A DNA stretch of 64,000 nt from a virus (taxonomy: Duplodnaviria; Caudoviricetes), in the IMG/VR virus record IMGVR_UViG_3300014205_000228, positions 1,734 through 65,733 of that record; one strand, 5' to 3'. A program made the position numbers and the translations under genes. Shown piece by piece: positions 34,465 through 44,739 of this stretch. Numbering within the stretch: position 1 is the stretch's first letter; every line of letters starts with the position of its first letter. Below the pieces are notes generated by a model that worked only from the letters and a program-made list of their open reading frames with translations, ran no database searches and had not been told where the DNA came from.

Positions 34465-35655
34465 TTATTCTGCTTCAGAAAGTCTGACCTCTATAGATCT
34501 TGTAGTAAGTTCCTTTGTTCTATCAAAGGTTTCACTTTGATTTCCGCTAAACCCAACTTGCGCACCTGCACTAAAACCAACACTTGCACTTGTATTGAAA
34601 CTAGAAAGAGCACTTGCAGCAATCTGTGCAGCTACTTGACTACCAGCCTTTAGTGACTCCACCTGCAACCCGTACTGAATTTTAGCAGTTTCAAGTGAAA
34701 GTTCAGCTTCCTTTAAAGCAAGTTCCATCTTAATCTGCGATTGCTTAATATTTGCTTCGAGTGTTTTAACTTGTGCATCCAGATCAAGACTTGCCGCAGT
34801 TATATCAGCTTTATAAGCTTCAATTTTAGTTACATAGACTTTAACAACATTCTCTATTCTGGCAACTTGACCATAGATAGCATTTTTATACTCCTCTACC
34901 TTTGCGATAAAAACATCTGTTGTGTTCTTATTAGTTCTAAGAATATTTTCTGCATACATATTTTCAGTATTAAGTACATTAGCAAATGCTTCTTTTAACA
35001 TAAATTGCTCATTTGCCTGGGCAAGTTTAGCCTGTTCTGTTAGAATATCTGTATTAAGATAACTATCATTCCTTACTATTTCTATCGCTATTTCATTCAA
35101 TCTGCCGGACATTGCTCCATTAGGAAGATTAAATCCACGAGAAGAAAAGTATGTCTCTGTTTCAGTATAAAGTTTTTGGTTTACTAATTCTTGTCGTGAT
35201 CTTGCTCTATCCCAAATAGCTTGTTCAACAGTAGTATCAAGACCTGTCGATCCATTAAGAAGTCTTTCATTAACTCTCTGTATAAATAAATCTTTAGCGA
35301 CTGCAATAGATGTTCCTGGTAAGTAAAAAGTAGGCATTTCCAACATACTACCTAAAACAGGTCTTGCGGGTTCGTTAAATTGTAGATCACTATCAGACGG
35401 AGGGGATGGTCTATCCACTAAATCATAGTTAAGATTAACATCTACATTTTCATACTCAATATCAACAGTAGGAAAAGATGGCGATGTAACAAGAACTCTA
35501 AGTGCATCAAGTAAAGCGTATACTCTTATCCACGCATCGTTCGCATAGATAACCATCTGATCATATTTTTCGTTTACTAATGTTATTGCAGTGTTTCCTC
35601 CGCCTGCAACATTACTACTAGCAACAGACAAAATAGTGTTTAATTCGCCCGACAT
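34465..35655 (-). CDS. internal virion / DNA-transfer coiled-coil protein
   Basis: Long coiled coil, Ala/Ser-rich C-terminus. Confidence 0.6.
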   Translation of the reverse strand: MSGELNTILSVASSNVAGGGNTAITLVNEKYDQMVIYANDAWIRVYALLDALRVLVTSPSFPTVDIEYENVDVNLNYDLVDRPSPPSDSDLQFNEPARPVLGSMLEMPTFYLPGTSIAVAKDLFIQRVNERLLNGSTGLDTTVEQAIWDRARSRQELVNQKLYTETETYFSSRGFNLPNGAMSGRLNEIAIEIVRNDSYLNTDILTEQAKLAQANEQFMLKEAFANVLNTENMYAENILRTNKNTTDVFIAKVEEYKNAIYGQVARIENVVKVYVTKIEAYKADITAASLDLDAQVKTLEANIKQSQIKMELALKEAELSLETAKIQYGLQVESLKAGSQVAAQIAASALSSFNTSASVGFSAGAQVGFSGNQSETFDRTKELTTRSIEVRLSEAE

Positions 35656-35666
35656 ATTAATGCCTC

Positions 35667-36203
35667 CTAAACAGATGTCGCACTTATTGTAAGTGCAGAT
35701 AGCGTTAATTTGGCTCTACCAAGAGTAGCTGTTGTTATCTTTGTTACCTTATATACTTTAACCAAACAATCAATAGAATCAATGGTAAAGTCACTTCCAT
35801 TTACATTTCTTACTTCTACACCAACAGACCTACCATAGTTTTCATGATTAGTATAAATTCTAGTGGTTTTTTGATCAAGTACACCTAAAGAATCGAGTCT
35901 TTTTGCAGTTACTTTATCATTATCATAAACTGCCGCTATGTCAATATCACCCTCAGTATCACCATCAATATCTATATACCTAATAACCTTATTATGATTA
36001 CTTTCTAAATCTACTGAAGGAGTCTGGAAAAAAGCAAGAATATCTGTACTCGTATTATCACTGTTTCCAGATTGCTTCAGTATTCCACTTGTTGTTCCCG
36101 CAAGCAATACACCATTAAAACAGCAGAGACTATTTATAGTAAGATCTGCATATTGCGAAATACCTATATTTTTTGTGTTTAATCTGATTCCTAAAGATGA
36201 CAT
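35667..36203 (-). CDS. virion structural protein
   Basis: Position; GGAGG RBS. Confidence 0.6.
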   Translation of the reverse strand: MSSLGIRLNTKNIGISQYADLTINSLCCFNGVLLAGTTSGILKQSGNSDNTSTDILAFFQTPSVDLESNHNKVIRYIDIDGDTEGDIDIAAVYDNDKVTAKRLDSLGVLDQKTTRIYTNHENYGRSVGVEVRNVNGSDFTIDSIDCLVKVYKVTKITTATLGRAKLTLSALTISATSV

Positions 36204-36211
36204 TTTGATTC

Positions 36212-37849
36212 CTATAAATTCACTATTGTAGTATCGTTATTGATATTAGGTATATAAAATATACTACGAATTTCTTTTGCTGTACTGGGAACATTAAATA
36301 AGGAATATAATTCTTCTTTATGAAAAAAATCTCCATTATACCAACAATAGTAATCAGTATCATTACTTAATAGAAGTATAGATTGATCTATTATGCCCTT
36401 CCATTCTGAATTAATAACAGGAAGTACATATAAATCTTCAATAATACTTCCATCAAACGTATAAACATAATAATTCTCATTACCCATAATCATATGATTA
36501 CGATAATAGCAACAAGTACCAAGAGGAGAATATCGCACACTTAACGATTCAGATGTTCGTAATTCTTGATTTGAACTACCATCACTAAAACTTCCAAAAG
36601 GAAAAGTTATAGTAAACCAATAAGGAAAATTGCCAGTATACCACTCTTGGTAATTACCAGTAGTAGGTGTTATCCATTCTTCTAAGATATTACTTGGTGG
36701 TGCCGCAATAGAACGTCCTGCCTTCTTCTCCCCAAGTATCCCATTATATTTATTTATTTCTTGGATAGTTTTATATACTCCTCCCGGTGCTACAGAAGCA
36801 GGACGAGGACCGTAGTAATAAACTTTTGTTTGTGTGGTAGGACTTCCATAATTATAATAAGAGACAGTAAAAAAAGCACCTGTACTATCATCACCAAAAC
36901 CATAATCACTAAACGAAATATAACCACATGTCTTTCCAGGAGCTGGTGAATCACAAGGTACAATAGTGGAATAGCTAGCACCGATACCAGGCATGTGACT
37001 ACTCTCTGCATTACCTCCACTATAATCTCCGTAATACGTTATTGTACCAGGATCTGGGTAGATACCTGCTATCATAATAAAATACGTTCTAAGATCTAGT
37101 GCATTACGCGCAGATGCTTCGCCTGCCTGCCATTCAGCAAGTTTAATTAAATACGCTTCATACTCAGGACTTTCATAAACAGCAGTTGTATTAAGAAAGA
37201 ATATATTCTCCTCCATTCCACCAGTTCCTAATACAGTTACACTAGTTTCTTCAAAGATATAAGTTCCTTCTTCCAAAACAGGCTTAATACTTTTTATACC
37301 TTCCCCTGAACTATAACAATAAAGAATATCATTTTCGACAAGCGCATAATCAATGCCTTCTCCTAATTCTTTATCTAAAAACACCCCTGTTAAAGGATTG
37401 TATAACTTTCCAGGGTGCATATAAATTAAATCTCCTATTTGTAATTCAAAGCCACTACAAAATACTAATGGATGTTTACCCAACATATCTTCTGAAATAG
37501 TAGATACAATATTCTTATTAAAATCCAAAAAAGAATACTGCCATATATCTGTTTCGTCTTTATAGCAAACAACATAATAAACATCATATATTTCTTCTGT
37601 TTTTACTAATACTTTTTCTTTCACAGGAGTAACAAAAACAGGAGAAAAAAGATCAACAACAGAAGTACCAAAAATAGACCTACAAACTACCACACTTCCA
37701 TCTTCAAGACACCTTTCAATCCTTCCTTGTTTCAGGTTGTTAAATTTCATAGAGTTCTGCAGAGTAGACAGTAACTTAGTACCAAAGTATCTAAGTCCTT
37801 TAGCTTTCTCAGTATCTCCGTGCAATCTAAAGTTAACAGTATCTGTCAT
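36212..37849 (-). CDS. virion structural protein
   Basis: 545-aa ORF in late operon, Tyr-rich. Confidence 0.6.
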   Translation of the reverse strand: MTDTVNFRLHGDTEKAKGLRYFGTKLLSTLQNSMKFNNLKQGRIERCLEDGSVVVCRSIFGTSVVDLFSPVFVTPVKEKVLVKTEEIYDVYYVVCYKDETDIWQYSFLDFNKNIVSTISEDMLGKHPLVFCSGFELQIGDLIYMHPGKLYNPLTGVFLDKELGEGIDYALVENDILYCYSSGEGIKSIKPVLEEGTYIFEETSVTVLGTGGMEENIFFLNTTAVYESPEYEAYLIKLAEWQAGEASARNALDLRTYFIMIAGIYPDPGTITYYGDYSGGNAESSHMPGIGASYSTIVPCDSPAPGKTCGYISFSDYGFGDDSTGAFFTVSYYNYGSPTTQTKVYYYGPRPASVAPGGVYKTIQEINKYNGILGEKKAGRSIAAPPSNILEEWITPTTGNYQEWYTGNFPYWFTITFPFGSFSDGSSNQELRTSESLSVRYSPLGTCCYYRNHMIMGNENYYVYTFDGSIIEDLYVLPVINSEWKGIIDQSILLLSNDTDYYCWYNGDFFHKEELYSLFNVPSTAKEIRSIFYIPNINNDTTIVNL

Positions 37850-39094
37850 TTAAGTAGACCTTGTGTACTGAAGAGTGTAGTTTGTAAATCTTCCTGCGTT
37901 ATGCGCACTGATAGATGCTATCATTACTGCCATGCTTACACTTAAACTATTAGTACCACTGTCATGTGTAGTACCGGATGATGTTATTATTCCTGTTCTT
38001 GCGCTTAAATCACCTATTAAACCAGCCAATCCAGTTGCGCTAATAGTAAAGTGAGGAAGTATTCTACTTAACTCTGTAGTAATATTTCTGTGCGCTGTAG
38101 TACTAAGTTCAAAAAATGGTAGACTTACATCTAGTGCAGCACCAGTACTTGCAATAACAGTAAGTGCTTTTAAACTCTTACTAAAATTTCCCTTTTCACT
38201 TCCTTTACTTTCTAAGGTTAAAGCAGGAAGTGCTAAGTAAGCGATCCTTGTATTGATATATGATACAACTGCAGATATACTATCCCCAACATTTAAAGTA
38301 TCATGAATCAAAACAGATAGATTACCAATATCTGCATCTGTTGCAATTATCGTCTCTGTAATGGCCGCTTCATGTGCTTTTGGTGCTGCAAGAACTTCTG
38401 TAACTGTTAAAGTATCAGTTAAAGTAGTTGTATATGTTGTTTGTGTTCCAAGATCACTTGTAGTTAAAGTTACTGTTTCTGTGATAACAGGAAGATTATC
38501 AACAGGAGTTTCAGTAACTGTTAACGTCTCTGTTATATCTGCATAAATAACAGGAGGTGTCCATTCAACATAAAGAGCAGGATATTTAGCAGCAATTCCA
38601 TCACCGATACCATAACCATCTCTTATAATGTACTGAGTACTGGTATCATCTTTTAATAATATAGCTATTGCATTTCCAGATGCCCAACTACCTCCATCTA
38701 TTATCTCCTGAATGATTGTTGTTATATCACCAGAATCATATGCCGTATCTAATGTCCAATTACCTGGGTCCCAGTCAATAGATGCAGTAGTAAGCGCTAA
38801 TGCCATATATTCTGCATAACTAACAGGAGCAACAGCTGTACTTACATCATTCCCTCTGATCTTTAAATAAGTACCTACTCCATCTGCAAAGTTATCACGC
38901 GCATATAACGTAATCTTCGCAGATGTAATAGTTGACCCACTTGGAATAGTAACAGACGGAAATCTAAGATAACCCTCATTAGGATACTGATTATTCCCAA
39001 CTCTTACAAAAGAACCAGAAGTATAGGTATCAAATCCCTGAGCAGTATATGCATTATCACTTGCTGCTACTACTTTAAATGTACCTGTTGCCAT
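37850..39094 (-). CDS. virion structural protein with Thr-rich linker repeats
   Basis: ITETLTVT-type repeats after an N-terminal beta domain. Confidence 0.6.
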   Translation of the reverse strand: MATGTFKVVAASDNAYTAQGFDTYTSGSFVRVGNNQYPNEGYLRFPSVTIPSGSTITSAKITLYARDNFADGVGTYLKIRGNDVSTAVAPVSYAEYMALALTTASIDWDPGNWTLDTAYDSGDITTIIQEIIDGGSWASGNAIAILLKDDTSTQYIIRDGYGIGDGIAAKYPALYVEWTPPVIYADITETLTVTETPVDNLPVITETVTLTTSDLGTQTTYTTTLTDTLTVTEVLAAPKAHEAAITETIIATDADIGNLSVLIHDTLNVGDSISAVVSYINTRIAYLALPALTLESKGSEKGNFSKSLKALTVIASTGAALDVSLPFFELSTTAHRNITTELSRILPHFTISATGLAGLIGDLSARTGIITSSGTTHDSGTNSLSVSMAVMIASISAHNAGRFTNYTLQYTRST

Positions 39095-39104
39095 CTACCT
39101 ATCC

Positions 39105-39665
39105 TTAGGTCGTAGAAGATACCGTTATAGTAATAGTTAAATTAATAATATCACCACTAACAACAGACTTTGAAGCTGCTAATTTACTTGAACAAAACAA
39201 TACTGCACCACCTGCAGCGGTATCACCTTTAACATTACTTGAAACAAGTGACCCACCGTAAACAGTCTTAGTATTATTCATTGTAAAAACTGCTTTTGAT
39301 GCAGTATTTGATGTTGATCTAGCAGTAGACGCTGCTTCAACATACTCAGGTCTAGTAGCTTCACCATACGCAGTACACTCTGCATAACCAGGAGTTGCAT
39401 AAATATTAGCAGCAAGTGGTGTATAATCATCTTCAAAGATAGCACAATACCACGTTGCTTTTGCTGCTGTTCCGTTAAACATAACATTAAGCATGAAATC
39501 AAGCCCTTCATTAACTACTTTGTTGAAGGAAACTTCATGATCAATTAGCTTTCCATTTCTAAAAATTTCCCACTCCCATTTACTACCAATGGAAATAGAT
39601 TCCTGTCCAACAGGATTGGTTATTAAACCAGCATAAATTGTATCACCAAAAATAAGTTTATTCAT
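39105..39665 (-). CDS. virion structural protein
   Basis: NKVVNEGLDFMLNV motif; late operon. Confidence 0.65.
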   Translation of the reverse strand: MNKLIFGDTIYAGLITNPVGQESISIGSKWEWEIFRNGKLIDHEVSFNKVVNEGLDFMLNVMFNGTAAKATWYCAIFEDDYTPLAANIYATPGYAECTAYGEATRPEYVEAASTARSTSNTASKAVFTMNNTKTVYGGSLVSSNVKGDTAAGGAVLFCSSKLAASKSVVSGDIINLTITITVSSTT

Positions 39666-39676
39666 TTTAATCCTCC

Positions 39677-40423
39677 TTATGCTGCCGGAAGTGTTATCTG
39701 GAATGTATCAATAGTTGTGGTTGCTCCAGATGTAATAGAAGTAGATGACATATTAAGATCAGACCCACTTGAAGCAATCGCTCCGTCAATTCTTGAATAC
39801 AGAAAAGGAGTAGTATCCGCTCCACCTGCATCAGTTGCGTTAGCATAAAATCTAAAGTATCCTGCTGTTCCTGTTGCTGCAGCAACACCAGACCATACGT
39901 CACTGTTCTTAGCAATCGCACCAGAAGATGCTGTGCCAAACTCTAGTCCGTTTGTAACAACACCTGAGGTAAACGCACCACTTGCTACTGTAACAGTAAG
40001 TAGTAACGTACCTGTATAAGCTGCATCAGCATCTGAAGGTTGTGATCCACTATAAATTTTAAGAACACCATCTTTAAAAATATCTTTTAACGAGCCACCT
40101 GTCAGACAGACCAAGGTTGCTTTTATACCAGTAGCCGCATCGACTGATAATGGAGTACCCGATACTGTGATCTGACCTGCAAGAACTTCTGTTGCAGTAA
40201 AAGGACCATGTACTTGCGCCATATCACCAGTAAATCCATACGCAAGTATGGAATCACCTGCAGTAAACCCTTTCGTAATAAATCCACTGATAACGTCAGT
40301 AAAAGTACTCGTCGATGCCACTTTTATATCAGCATTTGTAACAGCTGTGTAAGTAGCGACATGTCTTTCAGGAACACCACCCAACAATTTGTTTCTAAGA
40401 TGTGTACTTAATCTAAGTGCCAT
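39677..40423 (-). CDS. virion structural protein
   Basis: MALRLST.LRN, LKIYSGSQPSDAD, GTAGYFRF, RIDG motifs. Confidence 0.7.
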   Translation of the reverse strand: MALRLSTHLRNKLLGGVPERHVATYTAVTNADIKVASTSTFTDVISGFITKGFTAGDSILAYGFTGDMAQVHGPFTATEVLAGQITVSGTPLSVDAATGIKATLVCLTGGSLKDIFKDGVLKIYSGSQPSDADAAYTGTLLLTVTVASGAFTSGVVTNGLEFGTASSGAIAKNSDVWSGVAAATGTAGYFRFYANATDAGGADTTPFLYSRIDGAIASSGSDLNMSSTSITSGATTTIDTFQITLPAA

Positions 40424-40426
40424 TTC

Positions 40427-41338
40427 TTATTCCTCCAAAAAGCAAATATAGTTGTTATTAATAACTGCACCACATCCATAATTACTTGATGGGTACACAA
40501 GTCTATCACCTGTTAAATCCATTACAGTTCCATCCTCTAAACCAAGACATATTGAGGTAGAAGATGCCCATATCACACCTATTCCTTTTCTGTTTATTTC
40601 TTTAAACTTGGAAACATCAACATAACAATCAGTTCCTTTTATAATAGGCTTTGTATCTACCAACTTTAACCTAAAATTAGAAGGATCTCCACCTTGAAAG
40701 AAATAAGTAGAAAACTCATCTGAAACATATATTCCTTCAGTTACTCCTTTAATGACACGGATATTACCTTCCATCATTATAAAATTTCTAGCCATATCAA
40801 ACCAAGCGTAGGCTAAATACTCTGAGAACCAAATATTCTTATCTACACCTACATAAACTCGACCATTATGAAAACCTAATACTGTACCAACAGGAGGATC
40901 ACTAAACCTTCTTGTAGTTATAGGACCTGTATACGCAGATCCTGCCCAGTTATACCAAATACCATCTTTAACGTATCCCTTTTCTACACCGTTACAATAA
41001 TAAACACAATTATTTGCCTGTGTGTACCATACTCTAAGTCCACTTGTAAGTCCTGTCTTTACAGATGTTTTACTATAATCAAAATTTAATCTATATAGGG
41101 TAGTTCCACTTACAAATAAACAATCACTTTTTTCATAAAATAAAGAATGTACAGAGTCAGTTACTGCTGTAACACCAAAACCTTTTCGTCTAGAAACAGA
41201 TCCAGTATCCTCAATATCTACATTATAAGCAGTAACAAGTTCACATATACCACTCTCAGGATTATAAATAAGTTTAGTAGCAGATTGCTTATTATTAAGT
41301 CCTATTGTGTTTTTAAGTAAAGAAACCGCTTTCTGCAT
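40427..41338 (-). CDS. tail/head-closure (beta-propeller-like) protein
   Basis: NVDIEDTGSVSRRKG; start moved to ATG 41338 (TAATG overlap). Confidence 0.6.
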   Translation of the reverse strand: MQKAVSLLKNTIGLNNKQSATKLIYNPESGICELVTAYNVDIEDTGSVSRRKGFGVTAVTDSVHSLFYEKSDCLFVSGTTLYRLNFDYSKTSVKTGLTSGLRVWYTQANNCVYYCNGVEKGYVKDGIWYNWAGSAYTGPITTRRFSDPPVGTVLGFHNGRVYVGVDKNIWFSEYLAYAWFDMARNFIMMEGNIRVIKGVTEGIYVSDEFSTYFFQGGDPSNFRLKLVDTKPIIKGTDCYVDVSKFKEINRKGIGVIWASSTSICLGLEDGTVMDLTGDRLVYPSSNYGCGAVINNNYICFLEE

Positions 41339-41970
41339 TACTGACTCCAAATCGAAGTTCCAACATTGGATCGTCTTCGATGCGCCCACGCACTAAGTTT
41401 ATCCATACCTGTCTTTGCTAAACCGGCAAACATTAAAGTATTTACCTTTTCCTGTTCTATTCCGTCTTCAATATAACTGTAAATAATAGAAGCAGCTTTA
41501 AAACAAATTGTTTCTCTGTGTACCATTTCAGGTATATCAGAGGGAGTATCCGTGTCATTTACTAAAGTAGCAGGATAGTTATAACCTATGCAAGTTAAAG
41601 ACTTGGCAGTAGAAGGAATTGGAAGATAGTACAAAACATTTCCTTCTTGTGCCAAATGCTCTATATCTCCAACTACAGTTACGTCAGGATGCTTAATTAT
41701 GAGTTGTTCAAGACCTCCGTCAAGCAATGGTATAACACCTTCAGTATCTCCTATGTAACTAAGCCGCCCAGAAAAACCAGATGGAAAGTTGACATAATAG
41801 GTACTTGTGTTTGTGGTAACTGTAAAGAGGGTTTTCAACGATGGCAGAACCACCTCTTCTGCCACCTGTTGAACGGCCTCGTTGATTGCATCAGGTATAG
41901 TGATAAGAATATTAGCACTCTGATCCATCACTATTGCTTTAACTTCCCTTTGAAGTTCAGAAAAGTTCAT
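41338..41970 (-). CDS. head-tail adaptor-like protein
   Basis: Helical N-terminus, YYLPIP...DTPSDIPE.H pattern; position after capsid accessory genes. Confidence 0.6.
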   Translation of the reverse strand: MNFSELQREVKAIVMDQSANILITIPDAINEAVQQVAEEVVLPSLKTLFTVTTNTSTYYVNFPSGFSGRLSYIGDTEGVIPLLDGGLEQLIIKHPDVTVVGDIEHLAQEGNVLYYLPIPSTAKSLTCIGYNYPATLVNDTDTPSDIPEMVHRETICFKAASIIYSYIEDGIEQEKVNTLMFAGLAKTGMDKLSAWAHRRRSNVGTSIWSQ

Positions 41971-42025
41971 GACTCGGATACTCCCGTTTATTCAGTTTCG
42001 TCCAATTAATGATCGAATCTTACGA

Positions 42026-42694
42026 TTAAACATCAATCTCTTCCCAAGTAATTGAGTAACCACCGAGCATTGAGGTACCAGCCGCTGCCCACTGCGGAAC
42101 CCAGAAACTATTGGGAGGAAGAACAATATCTCCGTCAAGATTGTCAAACAACAGTATACCACCCAAAGCTGCGTACGTACCAGCAGTCTGCGAAATACCG
42201 GTTGATCTAACAACTCTTGCAATCGAAGCACCCGTTGCCGCTCCGCCAGTAACGTGTGTATAGTAACCAGCGACACCATCATAAGTAGCCGTTCCTGCGT
42301 AATGACTATTAATGTAAGAACCAGCAGCCAACGTACCTGTCGCAATCGTAGGAGCAGTTGATCCAACTGCATGCCACATACCAGAAATAGGACTCGTTCC
42401 TGATGTGATATTAACACTGAATTTAAGCAGTGAAATATTTACGCCAGAGTCGATCGGATTCCACAGAATAAACTGCACATTAGCTGCCGCAGTTCCTGCT
42501 AACAAATGCCCCGCAGCAATATTAGTTGTCCAAGCAGTCTGCACAAGAGAATAAATCTTACCATTTGCTGCCGCTTCGTACCTTGCTCCATGAGAAGCAC
42601 TTGCAACACGAAGGGCTCCTTCAGTGTCTGTAGTGAGCGGATTAACCGTTCCCTCAGAAGATGCAATAATTCCAACTCTTCCTTCAACCTTCAT
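42026..42694 (-). CDS. virion structural protein
   Basis: GGAGG RBS; late operon. Confidence 0.65.
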   Translation of the reverse strand: MKVEGRVGIIASSEGTVNPLTTDTEGALRVASASHGARYEAAANGKIYSLVQTAWTTNIAAGHLLAGTAAANVQFILWNPIDSGVNISLLKFSVNITSGTSPISGMWHAVGSTAPTIATGTLAAGSYINSHYAGTATYDGVAGYYTHVTGGAATGASIARVVRSTGISQTAGTYAALGGILLFDNLDGDIVLPPNSFWVPQWAAAGTSMLGGYSITWEEIDV

Positions 42695-42709
42695 TTTAAC
42701 CTCCTGTTA

Positions 42710-43222
42710 TTAAGGAATAATGCTGATGAGCATCATTACCTGAACTTGACCAACAATTATAGTTGCTACTTTAGGGAAGATAGCAATCGCAGGAACATCA
42801 GTACTTGCTCCTACAATAAGATTACCACCTTCAATAAAGGTACCTGATACATGCGAATCAACAAAGTCACCAGCAGTCGGATAATACCTTCCGATTGTGG
42901 TTGCAGTAATGTCTCCCGCCTCAACAAAAGCATCATCATTCGTAACTGTTGCAACTCCTCCTGTAGTAACAGCGTCAGTTGCAAGAGTACACAACCCTAA
43001 TTCAAGGGTAGTGGTAGTGGTAAACGCAGTCAGCACGTTTACCATAATACCACTAATAATAATCTGCTGGTTAGCCGTAGGAAAAGAGAACAGTACGCAG
43101 GCTTTGTTCTTCAATCCAGACACATCTGCTCCGTCAATCAAACCTGACATGATCCAAAAAGGATCACCTCCAAGATTAGTTCGAAGATCAGTTCGTCTGT
43201 AATCCTGCACAGTTGTACTCAT
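42710..43222 (-). CDS. capsid decoration-like protein, paralog C
   Basis: DYRRTDLRTN...PFW...KACVLFSFP shared with the two neighbours. Confidence 0.7.
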   Translation of the reverse strand: MSTTVQDYRRTDLRTNLGGDPFWIMSGLIDGADVSGLKNKACVLFSFPTANQQIIISGIMVNVLTAFTTTTTLELGLCTLATDAVTTGGVATVTNDDAFVEAGDITATTIGRYYPTAGDFVDSHVSGTFIEGGNLIVGASTDVPAIAIFPKVATIIVGQVQVMMLISIIP

Positions 43223-43231
43223 CTTTACCTC

Positions 43232-43759
43232 CTACGTCCCCGGAATAATACTCACAAGTAGGTGCAACTGAGCTTTACCCACAATAATAGTTGCAACCTT
43301 AGGAGTCATCGCAATACAAGGAACTGCTGCAGCAACACCAGTAATCATATTGTTATTAGCAACATGCGTACCAGCAGCTCTTGCCGTAAGCCAATCGCTT
43401 GCCGTAGCTCCATACCAACCAATCGTAGTAGCATCCACAGTTGTTGCCGTAGGAATCAACTGATTAATAGTTCCTACAAGAGTAGCGTCACCTGCTGTAG
43501 TCACAGCATCAGTCAGTAACGTATAAATACCTACGTCGATAGTAGTACCTGACGTAAAACCCAGGATGATATGAAGCCACACATCCCAGATAATAATCTT
43601 CTCTCCTGCTTTAGGAAAGGAAAACAGTACACAAGCCTTGTCAGCAAGACCAGATACTGCTGCTCCGTCCACAACCGCAGAAGTAAGCCAGAACGGATTC
43701 TCCAGCGCGTTAGTACGCTGATCAGTTCTTCTATAATCCTGAATCGTTGCAGTTGACAT
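43232..43759 (-). CDS. capsid decoration-like protein, paralog B
   Basis: DYRRTDQRTNALENPFW. Confidence 0.7.
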   Translation of the reverse strand: MSTATIQDYRRTDQRTNALENPFWLTSAVVDGAAVSGLADKACVLFSFPKAGEKIIIWDVWLHIILGFTSGTTIDVGIYTLLTDAVTTAGDATLVGTINQLIPTATTVDATTIGWYGATASDWLTARAAGTHVANNNMITGVAAAVPCIAMTPKVATIIVGKAQLHLLVSIIPGT

Positions 43760-43770
43760 CTATAAACCTC

Positions 43771-44304
43771 CTATGTTCCAGGAATAACGGCAATCTGCAT
43801 ATGAACCTGGATCTTCCCAACAATTACTGTTGCAGTGCCAAAAGTTAATGTCACACAAGGAACAGTAGTAGCCGCCCCTGTAAGAAGATTTGCTGCCTCC
43901 GTATGCGTTCCTGCAGCCCTCGCAGTCAACCATGTATTTGCTGCAGCAGGAGTATACCAAGCTGCAGTAATGGCAGTAAAGTTAGCATTGGTCATGAAGT
44001 TATCAGTAGTTGCTCCTGCATACGTCATAGTTCCTGCAGTGGTAACTGCGTCTGTTGCAATAGTTCCATAACCAACTTTAATAGTCGTTGTTGCCGTAAA
44101 CTCTGTAATAATCTGGCAAGTAATATCCCAGATAATATTTTTTTGGTCTGCTTTGGGAAATGAAAACAGAAGACATGCTTTGTCTTTCAGACCTGAAACT
44201 GCCGCCGCATCAACGATTGCTGAGGAAATCCAGAACGGAGTTTCCAAAGCATTCGTACGGAGGTCAGATCGTCTGTAATCTGCAATCGTTGCTGTAGTAG
44301 CCAT
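43771..44304 (-). CDS. capsid decoration-like protein, paralog A
   Basis: DYRRSDLRTNALETPFW. Confidence 0.7.
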   Translation of the reverse strand: MATTATIADYRRSDLRTNALETPFWISSAIVDAAAVSGLKDKACLLFSFPKADQKNIIWDITCQIITEFTATTTIKVGYGTIATDAVTTAGTMTYAGATTDNFMTNANFTAITAAWYTPAAANTWLTARAAGTHTEAANLLTGAATTVPCVTLTFGTATVIVGKIQVHMQIAVIPGT

Positions 44305-44316
44305 TTTCTAACCTCC

Positions 44317-44727
44317 TTAATGAATTACAGTGTAGTCACAGAAAACTCTGTAAGTACCCAGGGTTGTTGCGGAACCAGCCGCAAATGTGAAAGTAATAAT
44401 ACCAGAAGCACCACTGAAATACTTTCCTTCGAAAGTAGTAACAGTATCCTTCTGAGCCCTTTTAAGTCCAGTCTTAGTAGGATCAGCAACATCGGTTGTG
44501 ATAAAGCCATTCGTCACGGCAGTCTCACCGTTGCCTAACCAGCCAACCGTACAAGTAGTAGGTTCCACATTAGTTGCAGTAGTAATCTGCAGCCATACGT
44601 CTCTAACAAAGGCGTATTTAGGAATCCTAATAATATTGTAGGTCCCGTCATCTGGACTGATCACAAGCTTGCTTTTGGCAAGTCTCAGATTGTCCGCAAA
44701 AGCATTGGTGTAAAAATCAGTAGCCAT
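44317..44727 (-). CDS. capsid decoration/cement-like protein
   Basis: Directly follows capsid gene; IPKYAFVRDVWLQITTA. Confidence 0.65.
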   Translation of the reverse strand: MATDFYTNAFADNLRLAKSKLVISPDDGTYNIIRIPKYAFVRDVWLQITTATNVEPTTCTVGWLGNGETAVTNGFITTDVADPTKTGLKRAQKDTVTTFEGKYFSGASGIITFTFAAGSATTLGTYRVFCDYTVIH

Positions 44728-44739
44728 GCTAAAACCTCC

